From contig JAIRXH010000036.1 of assembly GCA_031268385.1 (NCBI GenBank), positions 3,584 to 67,583 of the forward strand: DNA of 64,000 bases, given 5' to 3'. The translations under genes and the position numbers were made by a program. The notes under the pieces were generated by a model. That model saw only the letters and a list, made by a program, of their open reading frames with translations, searched no databases and was not told the DNA's origin. Shown here in pieces: positions 17,490 through 26,135 of this stretch. This DNA comes from Treponema sp. GTDB taxonomy: Bacteria; Spirochaetota; Spirochaetia; Treponematales; Breznakiellaceae. The first letter of the stretch is position 1; every line of letters begins with the position of its first letter.

Positions 17490-19381
17490 TGGCTTTTATT
17501 TCCAAAACAACCATACAGGAGGTAAACGACAGGCTCGACGCCCTGGCCGTGGTGGGCGATTATGTACGCCTTGAAAAAAGGGGCGGCCGCTACTGGGGGC
17601 TCTGTCCCTTTCACAACGAGAAGACCCCGTCTTTTACCGTCGATCCCGACAGAAAAATGTACCACTGTTTTGGCTGCGGTCAGGGCGGGGGAATCATCAC
17701 CTTCATCATGGAAATGGACAAACTCACCTTTCCCGAAGCGGTTGAAACCCTGGCCAGGCGCTTCGGGATAGAGATTGTCTACGAACACGGCGGATACGAG
17801 CTTCCCGCCGAAGACGGCGGCAAAAAAAGGGCGGAGGAAACGGCCGAATTGTACCGCCGGGTAACGGTAAGTTTTCATCACATGCTTGTCGAAAGACCTG
17901 AAGGAAAAAGGGCGCTGGAATATGTCGAGTCCCGCAAAATAAGCCGGGAAACCGTGGACCGTTTCAGACTGGGTTTTTCCCCGGCGGATCGTCACTGGCT
18001 CTTTCATTTTCTTGTAAAAAAGGGATATTCGGAGGAATTTCTGGCCGTTTCAGGCCTCTTTTCCGAACGCTACCCCCGGCTCGGCTTCTTTTCGGGACGG
18101 CTCATGTTCCCCATAGCCGACAGGCACGGCAATACCGTCGCTTTCGGGGGCCGCGTCGTCCCCGCGTCCCCGGGGGAACCCGCGGTTCCACAGGAACACG
18201 ATCCCCCGGAGGATCCGGCGGCCCGGCAGGAACCAAAGTACATCAATTCCCGGGAATCCGGCTGGTATAAAAAAAGGGAAACCCTTTTTGCCATCGACCT
18301 TGCCCTTCCTGAAATACGGAAAACAAGGGAAGTGTATCTCTGCGAAGGCTATATGGATGTCATTGCCCTTCACGAAGCGGGTATATGCAACGCCGCGGCC
18401 CCTCTTGGAACCGCGTTTACCGATGAACAGGCAAAGCTCCTCCGCCGCTGGGCCGAAAGGCTCAATCTGGTCTTCGACTCCGACGAAGCGGGCCGGACCG
18501 CCGCGGTAAAGGCCATTTTGACGGCCAGACGGAACGGTCTTCCCTGTTTTGTGGTTGCCCCCGAAAACCTTGAGGATCCCGGCGCGGACCGGCCGGCTCC
18601 GAAGGACCCGGCGGATATTTTGCAACTTTTTGGGCCGGAGACATTGCAAAAATGTATGAAATGTTTTATAAATGATTTTGAGTATCTTTTGGCGCGGGGC
18701 GGGAGCATTTTCGACGTATCGAATCCTGAAGGCAAAGCCAGAGCCGTGGCTTTCCTTTTTCCCTATCTGGAAGCCCTGGATTCCGACGTATCGCGGGACG
18801 ACTGTTTTACCGCGGCGGCGGAGGCTTTTGGGGCCGAAAAGGCCGCGGTGCAGAGGGACTACGAAAGGAGACGTTCTGATACACCCCGGCGTGGACAGGA
18901 CGAAACCCCTCATGGAGAGGGGGGGCAAAACGAAAAGCCGGTCGTCATGAACGATGAGCTTTTTTTGCTTGCCGTCGTGGCGTTTAATTTCAACTGGTAT
19001 CCGGAATTCCGCGCGGCCCTTTCCATCAGGGAAATAGAAGATCCCGCCGCGAAGGAACTTTTTGTCGCCATGGAGGAGTGTTTTGTCAACGAGGAATCAG
19101 GCATTGATACGCTCCTTGCGCGAATATCCTCCGCCGTCCTGCGCAATTTCATTGCCGAAAAGGGCGTGTCGGGGGAATTTACCCTTAACACCGAAAGACT
19201 CATAGCCGACGGAATACGCCGCGTAAAGGCAAGGCGGCTTCACCGCAGGCTGAACGAAATTGTCGCCGGAATAAGGAGGCTACGGCATGAGGAACGGGAA
19301 AGTCCCGGAAACAGGCTGGATGATCTTTTGGCCGAAAAAATACAGATAGACAATGAATTACGGCAATTGGAAGGAAAATAA
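17489..19381 (+). CDS. dnaG: DNA primase
   Basis: GTG start shares a base with the mltG TAG. The zinc finger is CPFHNEKTPSFTVDPDRKMYHCFGCGQGG, and the TOPRIM motif is EGYMDVIALHEAG. Confidence 0.95.
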   Translation: MAFISKTTIQEVNDRLDALAVVGDYVRLEKRGGRYWGLCPFHNEKTPSFTVDPDRKMYHCFGCGQGGGIITFIMEMDKLTFPEAVETLARRFGIEIVYEHGGYELPAEDGGKKRAEETAELYRRVTVSFHHMLVERPEGKRALEYVESRKISRETVDRFRLGFSPADRHWLFHFLVKKGYSEEFLAVSGLFSERYPRLGFFSGRLMFPIADRHGNTVAFGGRVVPASPGEPAVPQEHDPPEDPAARQEPKYINSRESGWYKKRETLFAIDLALPEIRKTREVYLCEGYMDVIALHEAGICNAAAPLGTAFTDEQAKLLRRWAERLNLVFDSDEAGRTAAVKAILTARRNGLPCFVVAPENLEDPGADRPAPKDPADILQLFGPETLQKCMKCFINDFEYLLARGGSIFDVSNPEGKARAVAFLFPYLEALDSDVSRDDCFTAAAEAFGAEKAAVQRDYERRRSDTPRRGQDETPHGEGGQNEKPVVMNDELFLLAVVAFNFNWYPEFRAALSIREIEDPAAKELFVAMEECFVNEESGIDTLLARISSAVLRNFIAEKGVSGEFTLNTERLIADGIRRVKARRLHRRLNEIVAGIRRLRHEERESPGNRLDDLLAEKIQIDNELRQLEGK

Positions 19382-19384
19382 GGA

Positions 19385-21139
19385 ATGACGGATTTACGAA
19401 CGTCCGGCGTGGCGCTTGATCCCGCCGTAATAAAATTGGTTGAATACGCGAAGGAAAAGAAAGTCCTTTCGTATGAGGAACTTTCGGATTACCTTCCCGA
19501 ACACATCGCCAATTCCGACAAAATCGAGGAAGTTCTGGCGCTGCTGGAAGCGAATAATGTCCAGCTTACCGAAGAAGAAGGGGCGGGCGACGACGAGGGA
19601 GAAAGCGGGAACAGGAAGAGTCCGGAGGCCGAAAAAAAACGGCTCGTATACAGCGAGAAGGAATCATCGGTAGACGATCCCATACGGCTTTACCTCAGGG
19701 AAATAGGCCGGGAAAGCCTCCTTACGGCGGAACAGGAAATAGAGCTTTCCAGGCAGATGGAAGAAGGCGAGAACATCATCAAGGGGGTGATAAAAAAATC
19801 GGGTATGATAATTCCCGAATTTTATCACATTGCCCAGAAGGCTTTTTCCAAACGGGATCTGCGGGAACTTAACCTGTCCAAAAAAGAGATCACCGAACAC
19901 ATGACGGAGCGGCGGCGGCTCAACCAGTTTTACAAGGAGACCCTCCGTGTAATTCTTGGGGATCTCAGAAATTACATCGAGATAAAACGCCGCATTATCA
20001 GCCGGGGCGGCGACTTCCTTGAAGACGGGGAATTGTGTGAAATACGGAACCGTATCATGGAAGTGATACTGGGCGCCGAAATACATCCCGATGAAATTGC
20101 CGGTTTTTCCGACAAATTCATCCAGGCTTCCAAAAAAATAAAACGTTACAAAAAGGAACAGGAGCGGATAGAAAAGCATCTTCGGGTAGCTTCCCTCAAG
20201 GAACTGCGCATTCTGGGCCGCGGGCTTACCGTCAAAGAGGAGCGCGAACGGCTGGAGGAAGATCTGGGCCTCAGTTCCGATGAAATAAAAGAGAAAATAC
20301 GGCTTATACAGGTAACGGAAAAAAAACTCAGGCAGATGGAGGCGGAATTCGAGGAGTCAATCGAAAGCATCAACCAGATGGCCAGGGAAATAAGCCACGG
20401 TCAGGTGATGATGCGGAACGCCAAGGACAGGCTCATCAAGGCGAATCTGCGCCTGGTGGTTTCCATCGCCAAGAAATACACCAACAGGGGGCTTCACTTC
20501 TTCGATCTGGTGCAGGAAGGCAACATAGGGCTCATCAAGGCCGTGGAAAAATTTGAATATCAGAAGGGTTTCAAATTTTCCACTTACGCGACCTGGTGGA
20601 TCAGGCAGGCCATTACCCGTTCCATTTCCGATCAGGCCAGAACCATACGGGTGCCTGTACACATGATAGAGCAGATCAACAAGGTGGTAAGGGAATCCAG
20701 ACAGCTCATGCAGTCCCTGGGAAGGGAGCCTTCCGACGACGAGATAGCCGAGAGACTTGGCTGGACCGCCCAGCGGGTAAAATCGGTCAAGAATGTGGCC
20801 CGCGAACCCATATCCCTTGAAACCCCCATCGGGGAAGAGGAAGATTCCCTTTTGGGCGACTTCATCGAAGACAAGGATGTGGAAAACCCGGCAAACCAGA
20901 CCGCCTTTACCCTGCTCCAGGAACAGCTTACCGGCGTGCTTGCCACGCTCCCCACGCGGGAGCAGGAAGTGCTCAAGATGCGGTTCGGACTGGACGACGG
21001 TTATTCGCTCACACTGGAAGAAGTGGGGCTTTGTTTTAATGTTACCCGCGAAAGAATACGGCAGATAGAGGCCAAGGCGCTTCGCCGCCTGCGGCATCCC
21101 AAGCGGAGCCGCCGCCTGAAAGATTATCTGGATCATTAA
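19385..21139 (+). CDS. rpoD: RNA polymerase sigma-70 factor RpoD
   Basis: Region 2 reads [39 protein letters not shown]. Region 4 reads [30 protein letters not shown]. Confidence 0.95.
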   Translation: MTDLRTSGVALDPAVIKLVEYAKEKKVLSYEELSDYLPEHIANSDKIEEVLALLEANNVQLTEEEGAGDDEGESGNRKSPEAEKKRLVYSEKESSVDDPIRLYLREIGRESLLTAEQEIELSRQMEEGENIIKGVIKKSGMIIPEFYHIAQKAFSKRDLRELNLSKKEITEHMTERRRLNQFYKETLRVILGDLRNYIEIKRRIISRGGDFLEDGELCEIRNRIMEVILGAEIHPDEIAGFSDKFIQASKKIKRYKKEQERIEKHLRVASLKELRILGRGLTVKEERERLEEDLGLSSDEIKEKIRLIQVTEKKLRQMEAEFEESIESINQMAREISHGQVMMRNAKDRLIKANLRLVVSIAKKYTNRGLHFFDLVQEGNIGLIKAVEKFEYQKGFKFSTYATWWIRQAITRSISDQARTIRVPVHMIEQINKVVRESRQLMQSLGREPSDDEIAERLGWTAQRVKSVKNVAREPISLETPIGEEEDSLLGDFIEDKDVENPANQTAFTLLQEQLTGVLATLPTREQEVLKMRFGLDDGYSLTLEEVGLCFNVTRERIRQIEAKALRRLRHPKRSRRLKDYLDH

Positions 21140-21143
21140 AAAC

Positions 21144-21163
21144 GCGGGCCTTGGGAGGCCCGC
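21144..21163 (+). promoter_or_regulatory. GC-rich hairpin between rpoD and the Zn-ribbon gene (no U-tract)
   Basis: GCGGGCC-ttggga-GGCCCGC is a perfect 7-bp stem 5 nt after the rpoD stop. It is followed by AGGAG and ATG at 21177. It is not a canonical terminator. Confidence 0.3.
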
Positions 21164-21176
21164 TACAGGAGCACAC

Positions 21177-22019
21177 ATGGCAATGGATGAGGTTTTCGTC
21201 AAACTGCGTACACTGCAGGATATTTTATCCGGAAAATTCAAGCTGGAACAGGAAATAGAGGAAATTCCCAAGGATCTTCTTACCCAGGAAGAACTCCTCA
21301 CCAGGCTGAAAAAGACCTTTATCGAAAAAAACCAGGAGTACGAGCGCGCCAGGGTCGCGGAAAGTGAATTCAGAAACCTCCTTGTGGAAGCCGAAAGCAA
21401 CCGCGAAAAGGCCGAAAAAAACATGGATGTCATAAGCACCCAGCGGGAATACGAGGCGCTTGACAAGGAAATACGCGACGCTTCGGAAAAGGAACAGCAG
21501 TACCGCAAGGAGCTCCAGCGCGAAGAGAGGGTCATCGCGGAACTTGACGAACAGATAAAGCAGAATACGGCCCTCATTGAACAGCAGGAGGCGGAGCTGG
21601 AACAGCGCCGCAGGGGAATAGAAACCCTCATAGCCGAAAAAAAAGAGAAAACCGAAAGCCTTGCGGAAGAAGAAAAAAACCTGACCCCGGATCTTGATCC
21701 CGAAGTGCTCTTCAAATTCGAGCGGATCATCAAAAACAAGGGAGGAAAGGGAATCGTCGCCATAAGAAGCGGCGTCTGCATGGGCTGTCACATGATACTT
21801 CCCGTCCAGTTTGCCAACGATGTCCGCACGGGAGAGGAAATAGTCTTCTGTCCCTATTGTTCCCGTATCCTGTTTTACGAGGAATCGGAAGACGGCGAGG
21901 AGGATTTCTTCAATATCGAGGATGCCGGAAGCCTTTCCGATCTTGACGACATGGAAGACGAAGAATACGATGACGACGAAGAGGAAGAAGAAAAGGCCGA
22001 CGCGGATTACGAGGAATAA
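21177..22019 (+). CDS. C4-type zinc-ribbon coiled-coil protein (COG1579/DUF164-like) with polyacidic tail
   Basis: A long coiled coil is followed by CMGCHMILPVQFAN...FCPYCSRILFY (CxxC...CxxC). The C-terminal ~47 aa are almost entirely D/E. Confidence 0.85.
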   Translation: MAMDEVFVKLRTLQDILSGKFKLEQEIEEIPKDLLTQEELLTRLKKTFIEKNQEYERARVAESEFRNLLVEAESNREKAEKNMDVISTQREYEALDKEIRDASEKEQQYRKELQREERVIAELDEQIKQNTALIEQQEAELEQRRRGIETLIAEKKEKTESLAEEEKNLTPDLDPEVLFKFERIIKNKGGKGIVAIRSGVCMGCHMILPVQFANDVRTGEEIVFCPYCSRILFYEESEDGEEDFFNIEDAGSLSDLDDMEDEEYDDDEEEEEKADADYEE

Positions 22020-22023
22020 TCAG

Positions 22024-22590
22024 GCGATGAACCTGGCCGCCGCGCTATATAAACAACACTGTTTGTGTATCGAGGAAAGTCCGGGCTCCGCAGGGCATGA
22101 TGCCGGGTAACGCCCGGGCGGAAAGTCTGTGCCGGGGGAGCGATCCCCCGGTCCGGGTCTTCCGACAGAAAGCGCAACAGAAAGTATACCGCCGAAAGGA
22201 TGCCGTTACGGCATCCCCGGAGGACCTCTGGTTTTCCGGAAAGGCGCAAAGAGGCGGGCTCGATGGAGCCAGGCTTTTTGCGCCCGGTAAGGGTGAAACG
22301 GCGGGGCAAGAGCCCGCCTCGGCCGCGGTAACGCGGCCGGAAACGGCAAGCCTCATCAGGAGCAAAGTCAAGCGGCGTGCGAAGGGGAGTATCCCGTTCG
22401 CGGGTAAAGGGCGGGGCCTTACGGTTCCGGTTCTTTGCCACGGAACTGCCCGTTCCGGTTAAACGCGGGTAGACTGCTGTTGACGCCGCCGGTGACGGCG
22501 GCGCGAGACAGATGGCGGTTTTTCCGTTTTCCGGAGACATCTGTTTCCGGGAAACGGGGAATACACAGAACCCGGCTTACGGTTCATCGC
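22024..22590 (+). ncRNA. rnpB: RNase P RNA, bacterial type A, expanded (~567 nt)
   Basis: Universally conserved blocks are GAGGAAAGTCCGGGCTCC (22071-22088), GGGTAACGCCCGG, CAACAGAAAG, GGTAAGGGTGAAA, GGGTAGACTGCT and ACAGAACCCGGCTTAC (22565-22580). The terminal P1 is a perfect 10-bp pairing of GCGATGAACC (22024-22033) with GGTTCATCGC (22581-22590). Confidence 0.9.
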
Positions 22591-22604
22591 TTTTTTTATT
22601 CAAA

Positions 22605-22632
22605 GGCGGGTTTAATGCCCCGCCGTATTTTT
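22605..22632 (+). terminator. intrinsic terminator after rnpB
   Basis: GGCGGG-tttaatgc-CCCGCC stem-loop followed by GTATTTTT. Confidence 0.6.
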
Positions 22633-22693
22633 CAGGTCTCTTTTCGGGTTTGGGATGTTGAATCCGGAATTGCCGGCGCGCTGTTCAACATAA

Positions 22694-22723
22694 TTGACTT
22701 TATGTGATGCCTTATGCTATATA
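22694..22723 (+). promoter_or_regulatory. sigma70-like promoter for the TPR-mreBCD-mrdA-rodA cluster
   Basis: TTGACT (22694-22699), an 18-nt spacer, then TATATA (22718-22723). The ATG at 22731 lies 7 nt downstream of the -10 element. Confidence 0.4.
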
Positions 22724-22730
22724 TATATGG

Positions 22731-23669
22731 ATGTTTGACAGTAAAAAAAGATCCGGTTACGGAACGCGCGTTCATCGTAAAAAAAATTTTCATGCCGCCG
22801 CTATAATCATTTTGGTTTCAGCCGCCGTTCTTGTTCTGTGCGCGTTTTTTTTCGACCTGAAAAACAGGCGGGGAAACGACCGGAGGGAACTGCTTTCACT
22901 CTGGGAAAACGGACATTACCGTGAAGCCTATGAATTGAGCGGAGCGGAACTTCAAAAGAGGCCTCTGGATTTTTTTCTGCTGACCCTGCGTGGTTTTTCG
23001 GCCTATCAGATCGGCATTTCCCAGATTAACGCCTTTGACACGCTCTCTTACATCGACGACTGCGTTCTTGCCCTGCGAAAGGCCCTTCTCCTTGAGAATA
23101 CCGCCAACATCGAAAGGATCTATTATATTTTGGGAAAGGCGTATTATATTAAGGGGCAGGGGTACGCGGATCTTGCGGTAAAATATCTTGAGATGGCCAG
23201 GAACTCGGGCTACGAGGCGGGGGACATACCCAAATACCTCGGGCTTGCCTATGTGGCGGTGCGGGATTACCGGGCCAGCGTGGCGGTTTTTACCCTCGCT
23301 CTGGAAGCCGGTTCGGTTTCCGATGAACTGCTTCTTTCCATAGCCAAATCTTATATGGAGATGGAAGAACATGACGCCGCCAGGGCCTATTTGATGCGCT
23401 GCATTGAAACCTCGCGGGATTCCGTCGCCCGTGTTACGGCGCGCCTTTATCTGGGTGAAATTCTGGGAGAGGAAGGGGACGGCGAGAAGGCCGAAGCCCA
23501 ATACGCCGCCGTGCTGGAAGAGGCGGGGGAAAACGCCGAGGCGCGTTTCCGGCTTGGGGAGTTGTACCAGGCCAGGGGAGATGCCACAAGGGCAAGGTGG
23601 GAATGGCGGCGGGCGCTGCGGGCCAATCCCGTCCACGAAGGCGCCCGCAGACGGCTTAACGTTTTGTAA
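22731..23669 (+). CDS. membrane-anchored TPR protein
   Basis: The sequence begins [41 protein letters not shown] (TM anchor), followed by TPR repeats ([54 protein letters not shown]). The track start GTG at 22704 and ATG at 22707 fall inside the putative promoter spacer, so the start is uncertain. Confidence 0.75.
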   Translation: MFDSKKRSGYGTRVHRKKNFHAAAIIILVSAAVLVLCAFFFDLKNRRGNDRRELLSLWENGHYREAYELSGAELQKRPLDFFLLTLRGFSAYQIGISQINAFDTLSYIDDCVLALRKALLLENTANIERIYYILGKAYYIKGQGYADLAVKYLEMARNSGYEAGDIPKYLGLAYVAVRDYRASVAVFTLALEAGSVSDELLLSIAKSYMEMEEHDAARAYLMRCIETSRDSVARVTARLYLGEILGEEGDGEKAEAQYAAVLEEAGENAEARFRLGELYQARGDATRARWEWRRALRANPVHEGARRRLNVL

Positions 23670-23688
23670 TCGGGGTACGGGAGGGAAT

Positions 23689-24717
23689 ATGTTTGGAAGA
23701 AATTCGTCGGATCTTGGCATTGATTTGGGGACCTGCAATACTCTTATTTACATACGGGGAAAGGGCATTGTACTGAACGAGCCTTCGGTGGTGGCCGTTG
23801 AACGGGGTACCAAGAAGGTTATGGCCGTCGGAGTGGAGGCCAAGCGCATGCTCTGGAAAACCCCGGAGAATATCATCGCCATAAGGCCCATGCAGGACGG
23901 AGTTATCGCCGATCTTGAATCCACCGAAAAGATGATACGCTACTTTATTTCCAAAGTGCTGCCCCGTTACCGTTTCATCAAACCCCGCATGGTCATCGGC
24001 ATTCCTTCCTGTATCACCGAGGTGGAACGCCGGGCGGTGGAAGAATGCGCCTACAAGGGAGGCGCCAGGGAGGTTGTCGTTATCGAGGAAAGCCGCGCCG
24101 CGGCCATAGGCGCCGATATTCCCATCTGGGAGCCCGCCGGTCACATGATCTGCGACATTGGAGGGGGCACCACGGAAATTTCGGTCATTTCCCTTGGCGG
24201 CATGGTGGTTACCAACGCCATACGCCTTGGGGGCGATGAATTTGACGAAGCCATTATCAAGTACGTGCGTAACGCCCATAACCTTATCATAGGGGAGCAG
24301 ACCGCCGAGCGTTTGAAGATTGAAATAGGCAACGCGTCGCCCGACAAGACCATAGAAAAGGTTGAAATAAAGGGAACGGACGCCATCACGGGTCTTCCCC
24401 GGCGGCTTGAAATAGATTCCGTCGAGGTCCGGGAGGCCCTGAAGGATCCCATTACCCAGATCATCGACGAAATAAAGGCCACGCTGGGGCAGACCCCGCC
24501 GGAACTGGCGGCGGATATTGTGGAACGGGGCATTGTCATGACGGGCGGCGGTTCGCTGCTCAAGGGCCTTGGCAAACTCATCTCAAACGAAACGGGAGTT
24601 CCGGTGATCCTCGCCGAAAGGCCCCTTGACTGCGTCGCGCTGGGAGCGGGAAAGTATTTTGAGTACACCAGGGGCCTTGACAATTCCAAAAGCATTTATG
24701 ACAGCCTGAACGGTTAA
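23689..24717 (+). CDS. mreB: rod shape-determining protein MreB
   Basis: ATG at 23689 follows GGGAGGG. Motifs are [21 protein letters not shown] and [16 protein letters not shown]. Confidence 0.95.
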   Translation: MFGRNSSDLGIDLGTCNTLIYIRGKGIVLNEPSVVAVERGTKKVMAVGVEAKRMLWKTPENIIAIRPMQDGVIADLESTEKMIRYFISKVLPRYRFIKPRMVIGIPSCITEVERRAVEECAYKGGAREVVVIEESRAAAIGADIPIWEPAGHMICDIGGGTTEISVISLGGMVVTNAIRLGGDEFDEAIIKYVRNAHNLIIGEQTAERLKIEIGNASPDKTIEKVEIKGTDAITGLPRRLEIDSVEVREALKDPITQIIDEIKATLGQTPPELAADIVERGIVMTGGGSLLKGLGKLISNETGVPVILAERPLDCVALGAGKYFEYTRGLDNSKSIYDSLNG

Positions 24718-24721
24718 GGGT

Positions 24722-25627
24722 ATGGTGACAGGGAAGGGCAGAAACCCCCGGAGCCGGATTAATCCTTCTTCGTATGTATTCGCCGCTCTTATGCTTGTTT
24801 CTTTTGCCGCGCTTTTCTTTTCGACCCGCAGTTTTATCGTGGATTTCAAGAGTATGGGACTTTCTCTTTTTTCGGGTGTACGGGGAAGCGTCAACGAGGT
24901 TTCATCGCTGATTTCCCGTACGGCGCTTTCCGTCCGTGAACTTGCCAGCCTCCGCGAGGAATACGCGGAGCTTTCGGACCGTGTTACCCGGTATGAACAG
25001 CTTGAACGGAGCGCCGCCGAAATAGGCCAGGAGAACATACGCCTGCGGGAACAGCTCGGTTTTTCCCGTACCCTGCGTTACCGCCATATACCCGCGGAAC
25101 TCATAGGCCGTGATCCGGACAATCTTTTTTCGGCCTTTGTGATAAACAGGGGAAAAAAAGACGGCGTTGCCTACAACATGCCGGTTATCGCCTTTCAGAA
25201 TGGGACGCAGGCGCTGGCGGGCAAAGTGGTTCAGGCGGGCCGCTCGGAAAGTCTTGTCATGCCCCTCTATGACCTCAGTTCATCGGTTCCCGCCCGGCTT
25301 TCCGTATCGCGGTTTGAGGGGCTTGCCGAAGGGCAGGGGAACCCCGATGTTCCCCTCCTCATGCGGCTTATCAACAAGCGCGCCCGGGAGGAGATCAGCT
25401 ACGGCGACATGGTAATTTCAAGCGGAACAGGAAGGGTATATCCGGCCGGGATCAACATAGGCAGGGTAAGCAGGATCATCTACCACGAAGACGATATTTC
25501 CATGGAGGCCGAACTTGAGCCCGTGGTGGATTTTTCCCGGCTTGAGTATGTCTTTGTCATTGAGGCCCTTGGATCTTCCTCTGGAGAAGACAGCGTGCCT
25601 GGCGCCGGGGAGGGTTCCGGTGGTTAG
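24722..25627 (+). CDS. mreC: rod shape-determining protein MreC
   Basis: TM anchor, then coiled coil (ELASLREEYAELSDRVTRYEQLE), then a beta domain (VISSGTGRVYPAGINIGRV). It lies directly after mreB. Confidence 0.9.
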   Translation: MVTGKGRNPRSRINPSSYVFAALMLVSFAALFFSTRSFIVDFKSMGLSLFSGVRGSVNEVSSLISRTALSVRELASLREEYAELSDRVTRYEQLERSAAEIGQENIRLREQLGFSRTLRYRHIPAELIGRDPDNLFSAFVINRGKKDGVAYNMPVIAFQNGTQALAGKVVQAGRSESLVMPLYDLSSSVPARLSVSRFEGLAEGQGNPDVPLLMRLINKRAREEISYGDMVISSGTGRVYPAGINIGRVSRIIYHEDDISMEAELEPVVDFSRLEYVFVIEALGSSSGEDSVPGAGEGSGG

Positions 25628-26135
25628 AAATGTCATCTGGACGGTGATCTTTTCCTTTGTGGCCGCCGTACTCCAGTCGACCCTGCTCCGTCATCTTGCC
25701 ATTTTCCGGGTTGTTCCCGATCTTGCCCTGTGCGTCGTCGTCTATTCCGCCTATGTTAACGGCGCCATGACGGGCCAGCTTTCGGGCTTCTTTTCGGGTG
25801 TCCTCATCGATTTTATTTCGGCTTCTCCCCCGGGACTCAATTCCCTCATACGCACGCTTGCGGGCGCCCTTGCCGGACTCATGAAGGGGACCTTTTTCCT
25901 TGGCGCCGTTTTTCTCCCCATGATTCTCTGCGCCGCCGCCACCATTCTCAAGGCCGCCGTCCTCTTTGTCCTCCATCTGTTTTTCGCGGACGCGGTGCCT
26001 GTGTACCCCCTCGTGTCTCCGCTTCTGTGGATAGAACTGCTCCTCAACGCCCTCCTGGCGCCCTTTCTCTTCTTTTTCCTGAAACGTTTTACGCCCCTTC
26101 TTTCGGGGCGGAGGATCTACAATGCCGCCCCTTAA
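25620..26135 (+). CDS. mreD: rod shape-determining protein MreD
   Basis: The in-frame GTG at 25620 follows GGGGAGGG and overlaps the mreC stop by 8 nt. The product is polytopic and hydrophobic, beginning (M)VRNVIWTVIFSFVAAVLQSTLL. The track start at 25515 would lie deep inside mreC. Confidence 0.8.
   Translation: MVRNVIWTVIFSFVAAVLQSTLLRHLAIFRVVPDLALCVVVYSAYVNGAMTGQLSGFFSGVLIDFISASPPGLNSLIRTLAGALAGLMKGTFFLGAVFLPMILCAAATILKAAVLFVLHLFFADAVPVYPLVSPLLWIELLLNALLAPFLFFFLKRFTPLLSGRRIYNAAP

Noticed and set aside
20357-21781. A 474-aa minus-strand ORF that spans the rpoD 3' end, the intergenic hairpin and most of the Zn-ribbon gene.
   Set aside because: It is antisense to two well-supported genes. 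The product is Ser/Phe/Leu low complexity, the complement of the GAA/AAG-rich coding strand. There is no RBS and no motif. It is a classic shadow ORF.
22007-22540. A 177-aa ORF, plus ORFs at 22045-22371 and 22097-22462.
   Set aside because: They lie entirely within the RNase P RNA gene. The products are Arg/Pro/Gly-rich.
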